Below are positions 58,813-64,000 of a stretch of 64,000 nt of DNA, in pieces. Position numbers and translations under genes: made by a program. Below the pieces are notes generated by a model, which saw only the letters and a program-made list of their open reading frames with translations, had not been told where the DNA came from and ran no database searches. Location: assembly GCA_965220895.1 (NCBI GenBank), contig OZ244850.1, forward strand, positions 596,861-660,860. Reading direction: 5' to 3'. This DNA is from Gammaproteobacteria bacterium. GTDB lineage: Bacteria; Pseudomonadota; Gammaproteobacteria; UBA4575. Position 1 is the stretch's first letter. Each line of letters opens with the position of its first letter.

Positions 58813-60033
58813 GTGAGCAAGGGCAAAAACCAAAACAAGCTTGCAACCGCAAGAACCCGCCTGATTCTGGACAAACCCTTCCTCGGCGCACTGGTATTGC
58901 GCCTGCCCCTGGTCGCAGCGGATCCCGGCTGGTGCAAAACGGCCACCACCGATGCACGCAAGCTGTACTTCAATCCGGAATACATCGGGTCACTGGACAT
59001 CCAGGAGACGCAATTTGTGCTTGCGAAACAGGCGCTGCACTGTGCCTTGTCCCATTTTGCCCGAAGGCACCACCGCATCCGGTCGCGCTGGGAGCTGGCA
59101 TGTGATTATGCGGTCAACCCCCTGCTGATTCACGATGGCCTGAAACCGCCCCCGGGCACCCCGGTGGAGGAAAATTTCGAGGGCATGACCGCCGAGGAAA
59201 TCTACCACTGCATCGATGAGTTCGATGATGAAAACAGCGAACTTGAGAAGCCATCCGAAAGCCTGGGGGATGCAGGAAGCCACGCGCCGCAGCCGGACGG
59301 GCAAAGCCCGCCACCCCAAGAGCCCAGCGGGCAGGAACATGATCCAGATCCTGAGGAGCCCCCCGAACTTGCACGACAGCCTGCAGAGCTGACTGCACAG
59401 CAGCAGGAAGAGCTGTCCATCCAGTGGCAGCAGCGCCTGGCAGGCGCTGCCCAGCAAGCCATGCAGGCTGGAAAGCTTGGCGGCTCGATGGCGCGCATGG
59501 TCGACTACATGCTGCAGCCGAAGCTCCCCTGGCGGATGCTGCTGGCCAAGTACATGACGGCCAGTGCACGGGATGATTACAGCTATTCCAGACCTTCCTC
59601 GCGCCGCGGAGATCCGGCCATTTTCCCCAGCCTGCGCAGCACCCAGATCAACGTGGCGGTCGGCCTGGATATCAGCGGCTCCGTCGATGACAAGGACATG
59701 AACGAATTCCTGTCCGAAGTCGATGCCATCAAGGGCAACATGCGTGCACGGATTACCCTGCTTCCCTGCGATGCCGAACTGGCGGAAGGCGTGCCCTGGA
59801 TTTTCGAGCCCTGGGAAGATGTTGAAATGCCGGAGGTCCTGAAAGGCGGAGGAGGCACAAGCTTTTGCCCCGTGTTTGACTGGCTGGACGTGCAGGACCA
59901 GCCACCGGACCTGCTGGTCTACTTTACGGACGGCCAGGGAACCTTTCCCGGAACTCCCCCCTGCTATCCTGTGATCTGGCTCGTCAAGGGCAAACAGACG
60001 GTCCCCTGGGGGCAACGCGTGCAGCTGAACTGA
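58813..60033 (+). CDS. VWA-domain protein with N-terminal DUF2201 (putative metallopeptidase-like) domain
   Basis: MIDAS-like DxSGS (LDISGSVDD) in the C-terminal VWA domain. N-terminal DUF2201_N-like region. Acidic/proline-rich linker. Confidence 0.8.
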   Translation: MSKGKNQNKLATARTRLILDKPFLGALVLRLPLVAADPGWCKTATTDARKLYFNPEYIGSLDIQETQFVLAKQALHCALSHFARRHHRIRSRWELACDYAVNPLLIHDGLKPPPGTPVEENFEGMTAEEIYHCIDEFDDENSELEKPSESLGDAGSHAPQPDGQSPPPQEPSGQEHDPDPEEPPELARQPAELTAQQQEELSIQWQQRLAGAAQQAMQAGKLGGSMARMVDYMLQPKLPWRMLLAKYMTASARDDYSYSRPSSRRGDPAIFPSLRSTQINVAVGLDISGSVDDKDMNEFLSEVDAIKGNMRARITLLPCDAELAEGVPWIFEPWEDVEMPEVLKGGGGTSFCPVFDWLDVQDQPPDLLVYFTDGQGTFPGTPPCYPVIWLVKGKQTVPWGQRVQLN

Positions 60034-60034
60034 T

Positions 60035-61144
60035 ATGCAACTCTCTCACGAAGACCAGCTGCGATTGAACGTTCTCGTTGCCCAGTCCCTGCAAGCGATT
60101 CGGATCGATGAATCCCGCATGCGGGTGCATGCGCTATCGGAAAAAGGGGAAGCCAGCATCGATTTGAATCCCACCTGCAAGGATGAAAAATATATCCGTC
60201 TCATCCAGCAGTTCCTGTCGACCCATTACCTGGGTTCGCCCGGTGGCTATCCGGTATTTCTGAGGCGCTGGACCCGTATGGGCCAGGCACGCGATGACAG
60301 CCTGGAGAAACTGCTGCTGATCGGCGAACCGGAAGCGGTCGCCGCGGTGGTCCATGCGTCGGGGCTTACCAACGAGCTGGCGCGACGGGCCTGGTGGACC
60401 TCAACCAATGCTGAAAACGCACGGCGCATGCTTGAGAAAGAAAGCGTCGTAAAGGGCAACATGGGGAAGGAGCTGGCGCATTTCCTCGTTGAGTTCCTGC
60501 CGTTCGAGGAAGAACAAAAGGCCATCATCGACAGTGTTCGTCTGGTCCTGCAGCCCGGCCTGATTGACGATGAGGTACGCCGAGCGATCTGGAAGCGCGG
60601 CAAAAGAAAAAACTCCTACTATGTAGGCTTCCTGCAGCAGACCCCGGATCACCTGCCCATAGATGCAACACCTCACGAGAAATGGGAAACTGTCACAAGA
60701 GCAGTGAAACCAGAACTGGACCGCGGCAACGAGTATGCCGGACTGCTTTGCAGGGCACTGGGTCCCGCAGGCCAGGCTTTTTTACATGTCACCGACGAGG
60801 TACTGCAAAAACCCAATGATCAGGAGGTCGTTGTGGCCCTGCTGAATGCAATCGGGAATTACTTCGAATACGGGAAAACCGGCACCCGGGCCTGCCGCGA
60901 CATGCGGTCCCTGTCGGATCAGATTGGCGTACTATTCAGGGATGATCCGAACCTTGAGAAAATCCTGTCCATTGACCCGGATTTGCAGCCGCGGCTGGAT
61001 GCGATCCTGGGTCTGTCCATGGTAAGCGAGACCCTTGTGGACCCGATATTTGGCATGACCGATGCCATCGGCACGGTGATGAGAAAGAAGATCGAACCGG
61101 TGATCGGGCCCATCACCGGATATATCCGCCTGCTCCAGTCATGA
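60035..61144 (+). CDS. hypothetical protein (369 aa) translationally coupled to the VWA gene
   Basis: ATG 1 nt after the upstream stop. No recognisable motif. Confidence 0.65.
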   Translation: MQLSHEDQLRLNVLVAQSLQAIRIDESRMRVHALSEKGEASIDLNPTCKDEKYIRLIQQFLSTHYLGSPGGYPVFLRRWTRMGQARDDSLEKLLLIGEPEAVAAVVHASGLTNELARRAWWTSTNAENARRMLEKESVVKGNMGKELAHFLVEFLPFEEEQKAIIDSVRLVLQPGLIDDEVRRAIWKRGKRKNSYYVGFLQQTPDHLPIDATPHEKWETVTRAVKPELDRGNEYAGLLCRALGPAGQAFLHVTDEVLQKPNDQEVVVALLNAIGNYFEYGKTGTRACRDMRSLSDQIGVLFRDDPNLEKILSIDPDLQPRLDAILGLSMVSETLVDPIFGMTDAIGTVMRKKIEPVIGPITGYIRLLQS

Positions 61145-61157
61145 CGCACCTGCCTGC

Positions 61158-62591
61158 ATGAATTACCTGCCCGTATTTCTGGATGTCAAGAACAAGCCTT
61201 GCCTAGTGGTTGGCGGCGGACTGATCGCCACACGCAAAATTTCACTGCTGGTCCGGGCACAGGCCAAAATCACCGTCATCGCTCCGGAAGTCACGCCTGA
61301 TATTCACGACCAGGCCCTCGAGGGAGTCCTTGTCTGGCAACAGAAATACTTCTCGGCAGAGGACCTGGACGATTATCAGCTGGTCATGGCGGCCACAGAC
61401 AGCCGGGAAGTGAATGCCGAAATCGCCGCAGACTGCAAAAAACGCAACATCTGGGTCAATGCGGCCGACGATGTTCACAGCTGCAACTTCATCTTGCCCT
61501 CCATCATTGATCGCTCCCCCGTACAGATTGCGGTTTCCACAGGCGGCGCATCGCCGGTGCTGGCCAGGACACTGCGGGCCAAACTCGAAAACTGTACGCC
61601 GGCAGCCTACGGGAGGCTGGCAAAACTGATCGAGGAAAACCGGCTGCGGGTGAAAGAAAAGTTTTCCAGCATCGAGCAAAAGAGAAAATTCTGGGAAAAA
61701 ATCATCCAGGGTCCCGTGGCTGAACTTGTATTTTCGGGCCAGCATGAGGCTGCGCAAAAATTGTTGCAGGACGCCATCGAGCGCGAAGACCATCGGGAAC
61801 TGCCACAGGGAGAAGTGTATCTGGTCGGGGCGGGCCCCGGCGACCCCGACCTGCTGACGTTTCGTGCCTTGCGGCTGATGCAGCAGGCCGATGTCGTGGT
61901 GTATGACCGCCTGGTCTCACAGGAAATCATGGACTTGATAAGAAAGGATGCGGAACTCATCTATGCAGGCAAAGAGCGCGCGCAGCATGCATTGCCCCAG
62001 GAAAGCATTAACCAGTTGCTGGTTCGCCTGGCAAAAGAAGGAAAACGTGTCCTGCGCCTCAAGGGCGGCGACCCGTTCATCTTTGGTCGCGGTGGAGAGG
62101 AAATCAGCACATTGATCGATGAGGAGATACCCTTCCAGGTGGTTCCCGGGATCACTGCTGCCGCGGGGTGTGCCGCCTATGCCGGCATCCCGCTTACCCA
62201 TCGCCACCACTCGCAAGCGGTAATCTTTGCGACCGGCCACCTGAGTGACGGAACCGTAAACCTGAACTGGGACATGCTGGCCCATGAAAACCAGACCCTG
62301 GTCTTCTACATGGGACTGCAAGGCCTGGACATCATCTGCACCAACCTCAAAAAACACGGGCTGGCGTCCGCCACGCCCGCAGCCCTGATCATGCAAGGCA
62401 CCACGGCTCATCAGAAAGTGATCATGGGAAACCTGGACAACCTGCCGGCGCTGGTAGCCGAACACGATGTCGAACCTCCCACGCTGGTCATCGTCGGCGA
62501 TGTCGTACAACTGCACGACACCCTGCGCTGGTTCAATCCCGAAGAAGATGTCACGGCTTCCGCGGTCCGGTTCTTTGGAGCAAGAACCTGA
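61158..62591 (+). CDS. cysG: siroheme synthase (multifunctional CysG: precorrin-2 dehydrogenase/ferrochelatase + uroporphyrinogen-III methyltransferase)
   Basis: N-terminal NAD-binding VVGGGLIATRK and C-terminal SUMT domain (VYLVGAGPGDPDLLT, GGDPFIFGRGGEE). 477 aa. Confidence 0.9.
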   Translation: MNYLPVFLDVKNKPCLVVGGGLIATRKISLLVRAQAKITVIAPEVTPDIHDQALEGVLVWQQKYFSAEDLDDYQLVMAATDSREVNAEIAADCKKRNIWVNAADDVHSCNFILPSIIDRSPVQIAVSTGGASPVLARTLRAKLENCTPAAYGRLAKLIEENRLRVKEKFSSIEQKRKFWEKIIQGPVAELVFSGQHEAAQKLLQDAIEREDHRELPQGEVYLVGAGPGDPDLLTFRALRLMQQADVVVYDRLVSQEIMDLIRKDAELIYAGKERAQHALPQESINQLLVRLAKEGKRVLRLKGGDPFIFGRGGEEISTLIDEEIPFQVVPGITAAAGCAAYAGIPLTHRHHSQAVIFATGHLSDGTVNLNWDMLAHENQTLVFYMGLQGLDIICTNLKKHGLASATPAALIMQGTTAHQKVIMGNLDNLPALVAEHDVEPPTLVIVGDVVQLHDTLRWFNPEEDVTASAVRFFGART

Positions 62592-62705
62592 ATGCCGGAA
62601 AATATAGTAACAGTAACCCGCTGAAGAGGGTCGTTCCCATGCAGGTTGTACGTCCAGCACAAGTCGTTTGCATTTACGCTGCATTAGCATGAGGAAACCC
62701 GGAGC

Positions 62706-63557
62706 ATGGATACCCTCAATTTCTTCGGCCATCCGTTGACAGGAACCCCCTTCGGCCTGGCCCTTGACTTGTGCCTCCTGCTAGCCGTGTCCGTCTGGCT
62801 GCTGTCGGTCATCACACGTGAATACTCCTGGGTGGACCGGATCTGGCCGATCTGTCCCGTGATCTACTGCCTGCTGGTCGCGAGTGCCAGCGATTTCAGT
62901 TCAGCACGTGTGAACCTCATGGCCGTGCTTGTTTTGCTCTGGGGGTCGCGACTGACCTTCAACTATGCCCGCAAGGGAGGGTTCAGCAAAGGCGGTGAGG
63001 ATTATCGATGGGTCGTCATCCAGCAACAGCTGGGCCCGGTCGGATTCCAGCTGCTGAACATCGCCTTCATTGCACCCGTACAAATGCTGCTGGTCTGGCT
63101 GTTTACCTCACCCGTTCACCAGGCCTGGCTCTGGCAACAGGCTCCCCTGAATTGGCTGGATGCAGTTGCCGCCGTCCTGTTTTTGGTACTGTGGGTCATT
63201 GAGGCCGTTGCCGATGAGCAGATGTGGCGGTTTCAGCAAGACAAGAAGCGACGCGGCGCCGAAGGCCAGGACATCGAGACACCTTTCATCACGACCGGCC
63301 TGTTTAACTACTGCAGGCATCCCAACTATTTTTGCGAGATCGCCATGTGGTGGGTGTTTTACCTGTTCGCGGTCGCAGCCTCCGGACAGTGGCTGCACTG
63401 GACGGGGCTCGGGTTCATCTTGCTCACCCTGCTGTTTATCCCGTCGGCACGGCTGACGGAATCGATCTCGTTGTCCAAGTATCCCGCTTACCGTGACTAC
63501 CAAGCCTCTACGCCTGCACTCCTGCCCCTGCCAAGATTTGGTGCACGCAGTCGGTAG
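62706..63557 (+). CDS. DUF1295 / steroid 5-alpha-reductase-like membrane protein
   Basis: Multi-TM protein with the NYCRHPNYFCEI motif typical of the DUF1295/ICMT-like family. Confidence 0.75.
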   Translation: MDTLNFFGHPLTGTPFGLALDLCLLLAVSVWLLSVITREYSWVDRIWPICPVIYCLLVASASDFSSARVNLMAVLVLLWGSRLTFNYARKGGFSKGGEDYRWVVIQQQLGPVGFQLLNIAFIAPVQMLLVWLFTSPVHQAWLWQQAPLNWLDAVAAVLFLVLWVIEAVADEQMWRFQQDKKRRGAEGQDIETPFITTGLFNYCRHPNYFCEIAMWWVFYLFAVAASGQWLHWTGLGFILLTLLFIPSARLTESISLSKYPAYRDYQASTPALLPLPRFGARSR

Positions 63558-63849
63558 AGAACCCCGTCACGACAATTCACAAGGCGCATCTCACCCGATC
63601 TGAAGAACGGCTGTCCGAGCGGCACGGACTGCGGTCCAGCCCCATGCGCGAAATGGCTAAATCAGCCCTTCATCTAGAGCATTTGATTTTCCTGCACTAT
63701 AATCTGCGGCGTTTGTGCCGAGCCCGCGTGGACCCACTCGCCCGTTGAGTGGTCGATCTGTTCTGGAATAACCCGTGTGCAATAGATAGTATTTCATGTA
63801 AAAGGCTTACAATAAGAAAAGTATTGGCCTCTCCCCCGTTTCACTGACC

Positions 63850-64000
63850 ATGAGCACCGACAAAATTTCTTCGCAGGGTTTGTACGAGCCGAGCACCGAA
63901 CATGATGCGTGCGGGGTGGGATTCGTGGTCGACATCAAGGGCCGAAAATCGCACAAAATCGTCGAACATTCCCTCACCATCCTCAAAAACCTGATGCATC
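63850..64000 (+). CDS. gltB: glutamate synthase large subunit, N-terminal fragment (continues past the window)
   Basis: N-terminal Ntn amidotransferase signature HDACGVGFV after the initiator region. Confidence 0.75.
   Translation, partial: MSTDKISSQGLYEPSTEHDACGVGFVVDIKGRKSHKIVEHSLTILKNLMH

Overview
This window looks like a 64-kb chromosomal segment from a gammaproteobacterial sulfur oxidizer. The first ~24 kb is a conserved housekeeping backbone: lptA (3' end)-lptB-rpoN-hpf-ptsN-hprK(short)-rapZ-EIIA(Man)-NPr-ptsI (the nitrogen-PTS/rpoN locus), then mgtE, dcd, apbC/mrp, metG, an RnfB-like ferredoxin, nth, a DoxX-DUF692-DUF2063 cluster, a B12-salvage pair (PduO-type adenosyltransferase + btuB), an SDR, and Pseudomonas-type class Ia ribonucleotide reductase nrdAB. 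The centre (27.4-38.2 kb, minus strand) is a reverse-type dissimilatory sulfite reductase operon, dsrABEFHCMKJOPNR. Relative to the Allochromatium arrangement it has no dsrL between dsrK and dsrJ and no dsrS. A rhodanese and a soluble GAF-histidine kinase/NarL-type response regulator pair sit immediately downstream of dsrR. dsrL is instead found 6 kb away on the plus strand, next to an IS200/IS605-family tnpB element and a second, single-cysteine DsrC paralog. Between dsrA and that region lies a tightly spaced plus-strand gene string: a TauD-like Fe/2OG dioxygenase, a 58-aa ORF, an orphan Cas6e-like protein, and a cysteine-less DsrC/TusE-like protein. This is the most unusual module in the window. 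A complete type II-C CRISPR-Cas locus follows (cas9-cas1-cas2 on the minus strand, then a 22-repeat array). The repeats carry an extended -10-like 3' end, one spacer is duplicated, and I identified a candidate tracrRNA with promoter, anti-repeat and intrinsic terminator immediately upstream of cas9. The final 11 kb holds an unknown-P4H-GNAT operon, a TrpD2-like protein, and a Sel1-MoxR AAA+-VWA(DUF2201)-unknown-cysG (siroheme synthase) operon, which I propose as a candidate cofactor-maturation module. After that come a DUF1295 membrane protein and the 5' end of gltB. All calls are from reading the translations and the sequence only; no database searches were run.
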